64,000 bases of DNA from Planctomycetota bacterium (GTDB lineage Bacteria; Planctomycetota; B15-G4): positions 2,496,001 through 2,560,000 of the forward strand of contig CBDFJQ010000002.1 of assembly GCA_965248575.1 (NCBI GenBank), given 5' to 3'. Made by a program: the position numbers and the translations under genes. Of this stretch, positions 30,095 to 39,436 are shown piece by piece (position 1 is the stretch's first letter; each line of letters starts with the position of its first letter). Below the pieces are notes generated by a model, which was given only the letters and a program-made list of their open reading frames with translations, had not been told where the DNA came from and did no database searches.

Positions 30095-31555
30095 ATGATG
30101 ACTTCTGACCTCACTCGCCGTGGCCTGTTTTTCTGGGTCTGCTGTTTCGGCGGTTCGGCCTCGGCGCTCGCCTTGGCCTCGCCGACCCCCAGCCCGCGCA
30201 CCGGTCCACCCACCGGCCCCGGGCCCAGCAGCACCTCGAACGCCCCACTCAATGCTCTGGTGCTTGGCGCGCAAGACGCTGCCGCCGACGAACTGTCCCG
30301 CTCACAGGAGCTGCTCGAACGAGCACGTTCTCGCTTGTCCGATGCACAGGAGGCCATCGAAGAGTTGGTCCACGCGTTGGACGATGACTATGCCCTGCTG
30401 AACAACTCAAGGGACGCGCCGAGCATCCGCCAGGCCTTGGTGCTGGCCATGTCCGACGCCGTGGAGACCGCCCGCTCCCGCATGGCCGCCAGTGCTGCAC
30501 AGGGCCGATCCATGATGCGACCCAGCCGCACGAGGGTCTTCTTGGAGGTCTTCAAGGATCCCGTTCGCAAGTCGTCGAGAGTCGACGTGCGCTTTGCCGA
30601 CTGGATCGCTGCGCGGGTGGCCGACGCCTTGGGTGCGCGCAGTCGCCTGGATGACGTCGACGCCCAGGAAGTGCAGCGCGTCGTGGACAGCCTGTTCGTC
30701 AGCGACGAAAGCTGGCCTGAGTTCTGGAACAGGAGCTTCCACCAATCCTTGCCCGAGGCCCTCGAATACTCGTCCGCCTTGAAGGCCTACGAAGATGCCG
30801 GGCTGCAGATGGAACGTCTGCGCTTCCCGGAACGCTACGGCCCGCGCGGGGAGCCGGCACCCCCAGGCATGCGCGTCATCCCCGGGGGCACCTACACCCT
30901 TGGCCCCAACTCCGGTTGGTCACGCCCGCGTCGCAAGCAGACCCTCAAGCCCTTCGCCTTGGACCGCCACGAGGTGACCCATCGCGAGTACGGCGCCTTC
31001 GTCGATGCCCAGCCCGCCATCCTCCGGACCGCCTTGCTGCCCCGCGGCTGGACCCTGTCGCCAGCCGGGCTGGCCGCCTACGACCCGGCCCGACGTGAGC
31101 ACCCGGTCGTGGCCGTGAACTGGTCCCAAGCAGCGGACTACGCCGCGTGGGCGGGCAAGCGCTTGCCCACGGAAGACGAGTGGGAAGCCGCCGCCGCGGG
31201 CGTCGAGGGCCGGGCCTACACCTGGGGCAATGGTTACTTCACGGGCCAAGCCAACGGAGACGGGGCCAACGAGGACACGGTGCCTGTGGAGAGCTATCCC
31301 CACGCCCGCTCACCCACGGGCTGCTTCGACCTGGCGGGCAATGTCTGGGAGTGGACGGCCACCCTCGAGGACGGCACCAACATCACGGAGTTACCGGACG
31401 GCCTCGTGAACATCGCAATCCGCGGCGGCAGCTACCGCAGCGAACGGCACGAGCTCACCACGCGCGCACGTTGGACGGCCCCCGGCCAAGATGCGTTCAG
31501 CTCTCCCAGCTACGACCGTCCCATCGGCTTCCGCTGCGCCAAGGACGTCCCTTGA
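30095..31555 (+). CDS. Exported protein with C-terminal FGE-sulfatase (SUMF1) domain
   Basis: LTRRGLF Tat-like signal; HEVT, HPVV, KRLPTEDEWE, DLAGNVWEW, RGGS, GFRC. Confidence 0.85.
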   Translation: MMTSDLTRRGLFFWVCCFGGSASALALASPTPSPRTGPPTGPGPSSTSNAPLNALVLGAQDAAADELSRSQELLERARSRLSDAQEAIEELVHALDDDYALLNNSRDAPSIRQALVLAMSDAVETARSRMAASAAQGRSMMRPSRTRVFLEVFKDPVRKSSRVDVRFADWIAARVADALGARSRLDDVDAQEVQRVVDSLFVSDESWPEFWNRSFHQSLPEALEYSSALKAYEDAGLQMERLRFPERYGPRGEPAPPGMRVIPGGTYTLGPNSGWSRPRRKQTLKPFALDRHEVTHREYGAFVDAQPAILRTALLPRGWTLSPAGLAAYDPARREHPVVAVNWSQAADYAAWAGKRLPTEDEWEAAAAGVEGRAYTWGNGYFTGQANGDGANEDTVPVESYPHARSPTGCFDLAGNVWEWTATLEDGTNITELPDGLVNIAIRGGSYRSERHELTTRARWTAPGQDAFSSPSYDRPIGFRCAKDVP

Positions 31556-31785
31556 CCGCTTTCGCACCGCCGCCAGAGCACGCCCGTCCCGAGCCGGCCC
31601 CCATGGGCTCGCGTTGGGAGACCCTGACCCAGCTGTTCGTGCTCGCTGCCGACCTCCTGTCCATTCCCTTCCACCTCATCGCCTTCCTCATGACTCGCGC
31701 CGCGCACCGACGTCGTTTCCTCAAGGCCCTCGACGAGGGATCCATCGCCTTCCGGCAGGGCTACCAAGAGACTCCCTCCTCATGA
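31552..31785 (+). CDS. Small hypothetical membrane protein
   Basis: TTG start overlaps the upstream TGA and its stop overlaps the downstream ATG (ATGA); hydrophobic stretch then basic tract; alternative start ATG 31603. Confidence 0.55.
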   Translation: MTAFAPPPEHARPEPAPMGSRWETLTQLFVLAADLLSIPFHLIAFLMTRAAHRRRFLKALDEGSIAFRQGYQETPSS

Positions 31786-32834
31786 AGCTCCCGGGCACTC
31801 CGCTGCGCCATGCGGGCGGCAACTACCTGCTGGTGGAGGGCGGCTACAACAATGACACCCGCACGGTGACGCTCTTGGCGGAGCCGTCGAACGAAGCCTT
31901 CACCCATCCCGAGAAGGCGCAGCGCGTCGTTTGGGGCGAGCAGGGTGAGTGGTTCCCCATCTCCCAATGGGCGGTGGGCATGATCACGTTGCAGGAGGAC
32001 TCGTATACCGAACAGCGGCCCCTCATCGACGAGATCTTCGAGCGCTTCCGCTCGGAGCAGCAGGAGTTGCCGACGGTCGCCTGGGCCGTGCAGGGAACAG
32101 GCGGCTTCGTGGGCTCGCTCGAGACGATCCTGCCCATGGGCTTGGCCGCCAAGGTGTACGGCGAAGAGGAAGATGCGGCGGAACGCGCCGGCGACGACAT
32201 CGTCGTGCCCATCACGAACTTGCCCAACTTCCTGACGCATCTGGCGCGAGAGGGCTACGCCGGCGGGATGTGGAATGCCCAGCAGCCGATCTTCTTCTGC
32301 ATCGACTCCAACAACGAGTTGCAGTTCCTGCGCGTGCGCCGGGCGGACGCGGGCGGCATGCAGATGGACATCCTCGATGCGGACGGCGACTGGCTGCAGT
32401 ACGAAGGCGCCGAAGAGATCGAGATGCTCGAGAACCGCGATGCGTGCGACGAGCGCCTCGTGGCCACCATGGGCAGCCGACCGGTGATGAGTTGGCCCGT
32501 GGACGGAAACTTCTGGTCCGTGGGCCCCAAGGGCGGCGAACCGGGCTGCATCACCCGCGAGGAAGATGAGCTGCCCTACGGCATCTTGTTCACCGACGAG
32601 GAAGAAGCCCGGGACTGGCGCGAAGAAAGCGACTCCCCTTGGGTGTCCTTTCCGGTCGACAGCGTCGTGGAGTTCCTGGAGAGCGAGTCCCTGGACGGCA
32701 GTGGCGTCCTGCTCAACCCGGCCAGCCACCGGGTGCACTCGGGCGTGCTTTGGCGCGACGGCGAGCGGATCGTCCTGGAGAGCTACAGCGGTTTCTGGGT
32801 CCTGGATGGCGACGAGTTCGAGAAAGTCGACTAG
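31782..32834 (+). CDS. Acidic hypothetical protein
   Basis: 350-codon ORF with typical GC3-biased codon usage; no recognised motif. Confidence 0.75.
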   Translation: MKLPGTPLRHAGGNYLLVEGGYNNDTRTVTLLAEPSNEAFTHPEKAQRVVWGEQGEWFPISQWAVGMITLQEDSYTEQRPLIDEIFERFRSEQQELPTVAWAVQGTGGFVGSLETILPMGLAAKVYGEEEDAAERAGDDIVVPITNLPNFLTHLAREGYAGGMWNAQQPIFFCIDSNNELQFLRVRRADAGGMQMDILDADGDWLQYEGAEEIEMLENRDACDERLVATMGSRPVMSWPVDGNFWSVGPKGGEPGCITREEDELPYGILFTDEEEARDWREESDSPWVSFPVDSVVEFLESESLDGSGVLLNPASHRVHSGVLWRDGERIVLESYSGFWVLDGDEFEKVD

Positions 32835-33225
32835 CTGGGCCCAACCGAACCTGCGTCACCAGGGGCGTTCCATCGAGGTATCCCTGGCAGTTCCAAGCGC
32901 GAAAACCAGCAGTCGAACGCTTTTCAGGTTTTCTGCGAAACGACACCGCGACTCGCGGTGTCAGGGATCCGAGGCGGCGGGTGTTGAGTTTCGAGCATCT
33001 GCTAGGCCGTCCACCCCGACCGAACGATCCGTTCAAGCAGGGGCCGGTCGACCTCTCCACATCCACAATCGATTTGGGAAGAGCCAGGCTCACCCTGCCC
33101 CCCGAGCTTGGTGTCACAACTCAGCAGAACCCATTCATCACTCGGCTGAGTGGGGACAGAAAGAGGGATTTTGTCAGGACCTCGCTCCTGCCCCGGCCCC
33201 CCCGGGGTGGGAGCGATCTGAATTC

Positions 33226-34362
33226 CTAGACCGGGGTGTCCTTGTTGTGTTCGCGCTTGCGGAGCTTGTTCTGGTGCTTCAACAAGGCGCGCTCTTGCTT
33301 GCGTAGGCGCTTCTCGGCCCGGGCGCGATCCTTGCCCAACGTCTCCTCCGTACGCGGGCCGCTCCCGCTCCAGTCGTAGCCTTCGTCCCGGTCGTAACCG
33401 TAGCCGTAGTGGGCTGCGTCCAGGGGATCGGAGGCGAGCCCCGTGAGGAAGCTGCCGATCACCCGTCCGCCTGCTGCACGGATGTTCTCGATGCTGCGGT
33501 TGACGGTGTTGCGCGCGGTGTCCTGCAGGCGCACCACCAAGAGGGCGCCGTTCACCAGGGCCGACACCACGCAGGCATCGGTCCACGGGTTGACGGGTGG
33601 TGCATCCAGGATGATCCAGGTGTAGCGCCGCTTCAGCTCGTCCATCAGATGCACGAAGCTGTCCGAACCCAGGAGCTCGGCCGGGCTGTCGGGCTCGGCA
33701 CCTGCGCAAACGAGATCGAGGTTCGGCACGACCGACGGGATGCGCACATGGTTCAGGGAGACCTCCCCCTTGATCAACTCGGTGACGCCGCGCTCCATCT
33801 CGATGCCAAACGCGTTCCCGATTCCAGGAGCGCGGGAGTCGAGGTCGAGCAGACACACGCGAGTGCCAGGAACCTCTGCCATGCAGGCGGCCAGGTTGGC
33901 CGCGGTGATGGACTTGCCTTCGCCACGCTTGCTGCTCGTGACGACGATCGCCCAGGGTGCGCCGGACGGGTTGAGGGCCGAGAGGTTCGTGCGGCAGGCG
34001 CGGTACTGCTCCGCCAGCAAGCCGCTCGGGTCGTGATACATGACGAGGTGACCGTCCACCTTCGACAAGAGCCCGCCCGGTCGTTCGAGTTCGCCCGTCT
34101 CGTCCTGCGTGACCTCGCTGGCATCCCCCAGGGCAGGGGCTTCCTCGGGCGCGACACTCATTGGTTGCGACGAGATCTCGGCACCCACTAGACCCGCTGC
34201 GGTGCCGTAGGCAGCCACGGCAGCCGAGTCGATGCCCTGATCGGACTCGTCAGCCCCGGGCTCGGGCTGGACAGCGGCATCTCCCTGGCTGTCGCCGTCC
34301 GCCATCTCGGGCGTGGGCTCGTCCTGGGGACCATCGATCGGGTTTTCGGGGTCACTCATCAT
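33226..34362 (-). CDS. CpsD/CapB family bacterial tyrosine kinase (cytoplasmic BY-kinase)
   Basis: AEQYRACRTNL, Walker A SSKRGEGKS, DLDSRAP, ILDAPP, C-terminal Tyr cluster HYGYGYDRDEGY. Confidence 0.88.
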   Translation of the reverse strand: MMSDPENPIDGPQDEPTPEMADGDSQGDAAVQPEPGADESDQGIDSAAVAAYGTAAGLVGAEISSQPMSVAPEEAPALGDASEVTQDETGELERPGGLLSKVDGHLVMYHDPSGLLAEQYRACRTNLSALNPSGAPWAIVVTSSKRGEGKSITAANLAACMAEVPGTRVCLLDLDSRAPGIGNAFGIEMERGVTELIKGEVSLNHVRIPSVVPNLDLVCAGAEPDSPAELLGSDSFVHLMDELKRRYTWIILDAPPVNPWTDACVVSALVNGALLVVRLQDTARNTVNRSIENIRAAGGRVIGSFLTGLASDPLDAAHYGYGYDRDEGYDWSGSGPRTEETLGKDRARAEKRLRKQERALLKHQNKLRKREHNKDTPV

Positions 34363-36068
34363 GGGCGCTCTCCGGGCATGCCTCCCAATCGGGTCACGAG
34401 CCCGGCTGTCTTCAACAGAATCGGGTGATCATTGTCGCGCAGAGAGTCAGATGCAGTTCGTCCCATACGAGAAAGCCGCTGACAGCTACCTTTGGCGAGG
34501 AGCAGCTCCTGCTCCAGCCGCTCGGCGCCGACTCGGTCGGCCCCCTGCTCGTGGAGGGTCGCTGCGCGGGAAAGGACGGCAGCCTGGGCATAGGCCGAGA
34601 GGGCCTGATCGGCCAAGGCCGCGCAGACGAGCTGCTCGCCCCGGATGCCCTTGCCGTGCGCCTGGAGTGCCTTGCCTGAGGACACGGCCAGTTCGGCCAC
34701 CGTCATGGAGAGCGCCAGGGATTCCGCCCGCAGCTCATCGGGTACTTGCATGGGTTCCGGCGCCTCGGCCCCGCTCAGCAGGCGGCCGTAGGGGTCGTCC
34801 CGACCCGGCACGCCCTTCGCGAGCAAGACCCCCACCTCGCGCAGACCACTCGTGGCCACCATGACCCGCAGGATCTCGTTGGTGCCTTCGAAGATCATGT
34901 TGACCCGCGCGTCGCGCAGCATGCGCTCGAAGGGATAGTCGGTGGTGAAGCCATTGCCTCCGGCGCACTGCACCGCGTCGTTCACCACGGCCCACAGTGT
35001 CTCGGTTCCGAAGACCTTGCAGAGCGCCGACTCGAGCGGCAGATTCATCGCGTGCCGGTCGGAGAGCCCCGTGGTGAGGAAGACCATGCACTCCAGCGCG
35101 TGGATGTCCTGAGCCATGCGCCCGAGCTTCTGTTGGATCAGCTGGAATTCGCCGATGGGGCGGCCGAACTGTTCGCGCTCCTGGGTGTACTTGACGGTCT
35201 CAGCCAACAGGAAGCGGGACGCGCCGACGCAGCCACCCGACAAGCCCGTGCGCCCGGTGTTCAAGATCTCCAGGGCCAGCCGAAAGCCCTCGCCAGCCTC
35301 ACCCACGAGGTTCTCCACGGGCACCATCACGTCCTCGAAGACGAGTGGCACCGTCGAGCTGCCGCGGATACCGAGTTTCTCTTCCTCGCGCCCGATCTCG
35401 TAACCCATCTCGCGTTCGATGAGCAGGCAGGAGATGGATGGACGACCGTCGTCGCGCGGATGATCAGGCGTGCGCACGAAGGTCGCGACGATGTCGGCGA
35501 TGCCGCCGTTGGTGATCCACAGCTTGTTGCCGTTCACCACGTAGTGCTTGCCGTCTTCCGAAAGGATGGCCGTGCACTTGAGGGACTGCGCGTCACTGCC
35601 AGCGTCGGGTTCGGAGAGCGCGAAGGCCGCCTTCAACTCCCCCGTCGCCATGCGCGGCAGATACTTCGCCTTCTGCTCGGGGCTCCCGGCCAGGAGCAGC
35701 GCCTTGATGCCGATGGTGGAGTGCCCACCCGACGTGATGGCCGTGGCGCCGTCGGCGGCCGAGAGGTCCATGCCGACCCGGCAGTACTGGGTCGCGTTCA
35801 GATCCAGGCCCCCGAATTCCTCCGGGATGCGCATGCCGAAGATGCCCAGCTCGGAGAGCCCGTCGAGCACCTCGGACGAAAGGGCGTGAGCCTTGTCGAT
35901 GGCCTCGGCGTCGATGTGATCCTTGGCGAAACGCCCGAAGGCGTCTCTCATCATGGCCAGCAGCTCACCCTGATCGGCATCCAGGAAGGGATACGGGGTC
36001 AGAGCGGCCGTATCGAGCTGGCCAAGGAACATGGACTGAACGAGCGGCTTCACGGTCGGAAAGGTCAT
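34359..36068 (-). CDS. Acyl-CoA dehydrogenase (long, VLCAD/ACAD9-like)
   Basis: FALSEPDAGSD, NGNKLWITNG, KLGIRGS, REQFGRPI, RDARVNMIFEGTNEI. Confidence 0.93.
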   Translation of the reverse strand: MTFPTVKPLVQSMFLGQLDTAALTPYPFLDADQGELLAMMRDAFGRFAKDHIDAEAIDKAHALSSEVLDGLSELGIFGMRIPEEFGGLDLNATQYCRVGMDLSAADGATAITSGGHSTIGIKALLLAGSPEQKAKYLPRMATGELKAAFALSEPDAGSDAQSLKCTAILSEDGKHYVVNGNKLWITNGGIADIVATFVRTPDHPRDDGRPSISCLLIEREMGYEIGREEEKLGIRGSSTVPLVFEDVMVPVENLVGEAGEGFRLALEILNTGRTGLSGGCVGASRFLLAETVKYTQEREQFGRPIGEFQLIQQKLGRMAQDIHALECMVFLTTGLSDRHAMNLPLESALCKVFGTETLWAVVNDAVQCAGGNGFTTDYPFERMLRDARVNMIFEGTNEILRVMVATSGLREVGVLLAKGVPGRDDPYGRLLSGAEAPEPMQVPDELRAESLALSMTVAELAVSSGKALQAHGKGIRGEQLVCAALADQALSAYAQAAVLSRAATLHEQGADRVGAERLEQELLLAKGSCQRLSRMGRTASDSLRDNDHPILLKTAGLVTRLGGMPGERP

Positions 36069-36204
36069 CCCCCCATCATCGGGACTCTGGGCTCCCGGCA
36101 AAAGGATCATCCCGTGAGACCTTGCCCTTGACCCGGCCCTTGACCCAAGCGGCGATCGGTGGCTCAATACCCCCGTCGCCGGATGCCCGGTGGCGTCGTT
36201 CTTT

Positions 36205-36435
36205 ATCAGTCCGATTCGTGTTCTCGGCCTCGGGGAAGACGGTGCAATTCCGTCACGGTCCCGCCGCTGTAAATGGTGACGAAGGGTGCACCGAGCCCTC
36301 GACGATCCTGTCTGTTCGATCGTCAGCAAGCTCAAGCCACTGTTCGAAACGCGTGTGAGGCTCATCGCCTCCACGCAGATCGGATGGGAAGGCGCACCCC
36401 GAGGATGATCCATGAGTCAGAAAACCCAGCCGACG
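36205..36435 (+). ncRNA. Cobalamin riboswitch
   Basis: GGGGAAGACGGTGCAATTCCGTCACGGTCCCGCCGCTGTAA ... AGCCACTG ... GGGAAGG ... GAGTCAGAAAACC (B12-box-like); boundaries approximate. Confidence 0.9.
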
Positions 36436-36556
36436 AATCGTTCGAAGTCCACCCGGAGATAGGTGGGCCCGAACACTCGTTGGACGTTCCGATTTCCGAA
36501 ACTGCTCCCCCTGCACGCCATGCATGCAAGGGACCCGGCAGGCAAGGGAATCTCAC

Positions 36557-36648
36557 GGAACGAAGGCCGCCAGGCAAATCAGGACCTCTGACCTCTCCTT
36601 TGGGAGCGGGCGCGGGTCAGGATCGCCGAGGCGGCTTTTTTCGTTTCT
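36557..36648 (+). terminator. Long stem-loop with U-tract; candidate riboswitch expression platform/terminator
   Basis: GAACGAAGGCCGCC pairs with GGCGGCTTTTTTCGTTT; inner CTGACC/GGTCAG stem; local GCCG-AGG-CGGC-TTTTTT. Confidence 0.55.
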
Positions 36649-36790
36649 GAACGTCCTCAACATCTGGAGACGCCTTCGGGCGTTCCCTCCCCAGGAATCC
36701 TTCTGCCTGCGGTCCGTTCAGTGGCCGCGCCACCAAGAGAGGCAGGAGCAGGACGCCGGAGCCGGAGCACGGGTCATTCCCCTTTTGGTC

Positions 36791-38134
36791 ATGACATCCA
36801 TGCGTTTCTCATCCGCTCTTTTCTCGGCAGCTCTGCTGTCGGGCTCAGCACTGGCTTCTGATTTCACCGTTCCGACCGGCTTCAACCTCGAGAGCGCTGG
36901 CTCTTCGGGTCCCGTGGCCGGCGTTCTGCTGGACGGTCGGATCCTCATCGCCACCGGCTCCTTCGGTGCCGAAGGCCTGGCCGTCCTGCATCCCGATGGC
37001 AGCGCCACACCCTTCGCCACGGGATTCGGCTCCCTGGCTGGCGTCGCCCAGTCCCCCATCACGGGCGACATCGTGGTGGGAGATTCACTCTTTGCACCAG
37101 CGCTCACCGTGCTGCGAGATTTCGACAACAACGGCGACGCCCTGGGTGCCGGGGAACATCTGCCCCATGTTGCACAGCCCGGTCCCGTAGGCGCAGGCCC
37201 CGCCCCCTTGCCCTTCAACCTGAGCTTCAAGCCCGGGACGGACGAGCTCTTCATGACGGGCTCCACGCCCTTCGACCCCATGATGGCCTCCACCGGCCTG
37301 GTGTCGCGCTTCGTCGGCGGGGTCGAGAACCTCTACGCCGATGGCATGGGCTTCGCTTCCGGCATGACCTGGGACGGTGACGACCTCTATGTCGCCGACC
37401 TCAACTCGTCGACGTTCTTTGGCCGTGTCGTCACCCTGACGGATGGCAATGCGGATGGCGACGCCCTGGATGCAGGCGAGGCCGTGGACTTCGCTGCCGG
37501 TCTCAGCGGTGCCAGCGGCCTGGTGCAGGCGAAGGATGGACACTTCTACCTCTCGGGTGTGTCGGATGTGCTCGTGGGTGGCGACTTCAGCGGCGCGATA
37601 GCCCGCCTCGCTCCCGACGGGGACAACGACGGCATCACGGATGAGTACATCGAGGCCTACATCGACGGCTTCGCGTTCGCCGGCGCGCTGACCCTGGTCG
37701 AGGGCGTGAACGGTTTCGAGCCAGGCGTCGATGGCGATGGACAGCTCTACGTGGGCGATTACACCTTTCCCGGTGGCAACCGCATCGTGCGCTCGGCTCC
37801 GAACGCCAGCACCAGCGTGGTGGGCGCCGTGGCCAACAACTCCATGTTCAGCATCGTCGTCTCGGGCGACGTGGGCGCCGCGGGCTTCCACATCATCTCG
37901 CTCGACACCACCCCGACGACCATCTCGGGCATCGGCGATCTGTGCACAGGCTTCAACGGGGCGTTCCTCATCGCCCAGCCGCAGGTCATCGGCGCGTCGG
38001 GCTCCGTGAGTCGGACCATCACCGTGCACGGGCAGCCCGCCCTCGTGGGTCTGGACGTGGCCATCCAGGGCATCGTCTTCCAAGCCGGCGACTACGGCCT
38101 TGGCAACCCCCTCGAGTTCACAATCGCTCCTTGA
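36791..38134 (+). CDS. Secreted beta-propeller-like protein with DxDxDG motifs and C-terminal beta module; B12-regulated candidate
   Basis: Signal peptide (SALA); DFDNNGD, DGNADGD and DGDNDG loops; first gene after the riboswitch. Confidence 0.75.
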   Translation: MTSMRFSSALFSAALLSGSALASDFTVPTGFNLESAGSSGPVAGVLLDGRILIATGSFGAEGLAVLHPDGSATPFATGFGSLAGVAQSPITGDIVVGDSLFAPALTVLRDFDNNGDALGAGEHLPHVAQPGPVGAGPAPLPFNLSFKPGTDELFMTGSTPFDPMMASTGLVSRFVGGVENLYADGMGFASGMTWDGDDLYVADLNSSTFFGRVVTLTDGNADGDALDAGEAVDFAAGLSGASGLVQAKDGHFYLSGVSDVLVGGDFSGAIARLAPDGDNDGITDEYIEAYIDGFAFAGALTLVEGVNGFEPGVDGDGQLYVGDYTFPGGNRIVRSAPNASTSVVGAVANNSMFSIVVSGDVGAAGFHIISLDTTPTTISGIGDLCTGFNGAFLIAQPQVIGASGSVSRTITVHGQPALVGLDVAIQGIVFQAGDYGLGNPLEFTIAP

Positions 38135-38195
38135 GTTCAGGAGAAGCGCCAAAGCTCCATAGCAAGTGCTCAAGCATCACAACCCATCAACATCG

Positions 38196-38238
38196 CGGCC
38201 CGGAGGGGTTGGCTCCCCTCGGCGACTCCTCCGGGCCG
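38196..38238 (+). other. Intergenic GC-rich hairpin
   Basis: CGGCCCGGAGGGGT / ACTCCTCCGGGCCG inverted repeat; no clear U-tract. Confidence 0.55.
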
Positions 38239-38264
38239 TCCTTCTCACTGCAGGATTCAAGACC

Positions 38265-39293
38265 ATGAACAAGCTCGGACTCACGGCGACCTTGCTGGCG
38301 AGCGCCAGCGCCCTGGCCTTCGTCGGCGGCATCAACCCCTACGGTCAGGCTCTCTACTCCCTCACACCCGGGTTCAACGCAGCCGGTGACTCACTGCAGA
38401 TGCTGGGCCCACCCTCAGGTGAGGGCTTGCACATGGGCTCAGCCGACATCTACCAACTCGGCGTGCAAGGCGAGGTGGTGATTGAGCTGGGCGACCCCGC
38501 GGCCAATGGGCCAGGCACGGACCTCATCATCTACGAGAACCCCTTTCTCGCCATCGGTGGTGCGGACTCCGAGACCTGGGTCGAGGCCCTCAAGGTCGAG
38601 GTCTCGAGTAACAGTGAGGACTGGGCGGGCTTCGACAACAGCTACCTCGGAACGGCTGGGCCCTTCGGCCTCTTCCAGCCCATCCCCATGCACTGGTTCC
38701 GTGGCTTCGCGGGCGTCTCACCCGTGGCAGCCCATCCGGTCCTGGGAGTGGACCCGGCAGACATCGTGCTGGGCGGCGGCGACGTCTTCGACCTGCAAGA
38801 CCTGGTGGACCACCCGAACGTCGTGTCCCAACTGGTGGACCTCGAGGACATCCGCTACGTGCGGCTGACCGACATCCAGGGCGGGGTCAGCACGGACAGC
38901 GCCGGCGGCCTGATCTGGGACTGCGGCGATGTGAACTTCGCTTGCTCCGATGTGGACGCCGTCTACGTCGCCAACAACTCCAACTTCGTTCCCTTCGGTC
39001 GCCCGACGGTGGAACTGAGCATGGAGGAGTTCCCCGGCGGAACCTTCATGGTCCTGGAGATCAGCGATCCCAACGGCCTCTGGCACGTCATCCCGACCAT
39101 CACCGCCAGCTCCAACGGCGTCCCCGGCAACTTCTACAACCTGCTGCAGTACTTCGCGTTCCTTGAGCTGGACGACTTCCACGTGAAGATGGCGGCGGGC
39201 CCGGTGATTCCTCAGCTTCCGCCCACGCAGTTCCGGGTCTCGGCGACCGACATCACGGGCCAGACCAGCGGCGACGCGATCTACTTCCCCTAG
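38265..39293 (+). CDS. Secreted cell-surface protein (NGPGxDxxxxEN...GGDxFDL type); B12-regulated candidate
   Basis: Signal peptide; LGVQGEVVIEL..NGPGTDLIIYENPF, EVSS..W, GGGDVFDL, IRYVRLTD. Confidence 0.75.
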   Translation: MNKLGLTATLLASASALAFVGGINPYGQALYSLTPGFNAAGDSLQMLGPPSGEGLHMGSADIYQLGVQGEVVIELGDPAANGPGTDLIIYENPFLAIGGADSETWVEALKVEVSSNSEDWAGFDNSYLGTAGPFGLFQPIPMHWFRGFAGVSPVAAHPVLGVDPADIVLGGGDVFDLQDLVDHPNVVSQLVDLEDIRYVRLTDIQGGVSTDSAGGLIWDCGDVNFACSDVDAVYVANNSNFVPFGRPTVELSMEEFPGGTFMVLEISDPNGLWHVIPTITASSNGVPGNFYNLLQYFAFLELDDFHVKMAAGPVIPQLPPTQFRVSATDITGQTSGDAIYFP

Positions 39294-39436
39294 GCCGTCG
39301 CCGGGCTGCAGGCAAGGCGACTTGAAGAGGAGGTGGCGAGCCTGCCGTAGCGCTGTCCCCGGCGGCGAAGTAAGGTCGCAGGAGACGTGAGCGAGCGACC
39401 CTCCGCCTCTCTCGTTGGGAGACCGCGGGAGACCCC

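Noticed and set aside
32835..33225. RNase P RNA, tmRNA or tRNA identity for the structured gap
   Set aside because: Hallmarks such as GAGGAAAGTCC or a tRNA-like T-arm with CCA end were not found on either strand
36069..36413. N-terminal extension of the acyl-CoA dehydrogenase ORF
   Set aside because: Runs antisense through the cobalamin riboswitch; recognisable protein begins near ATG 36068
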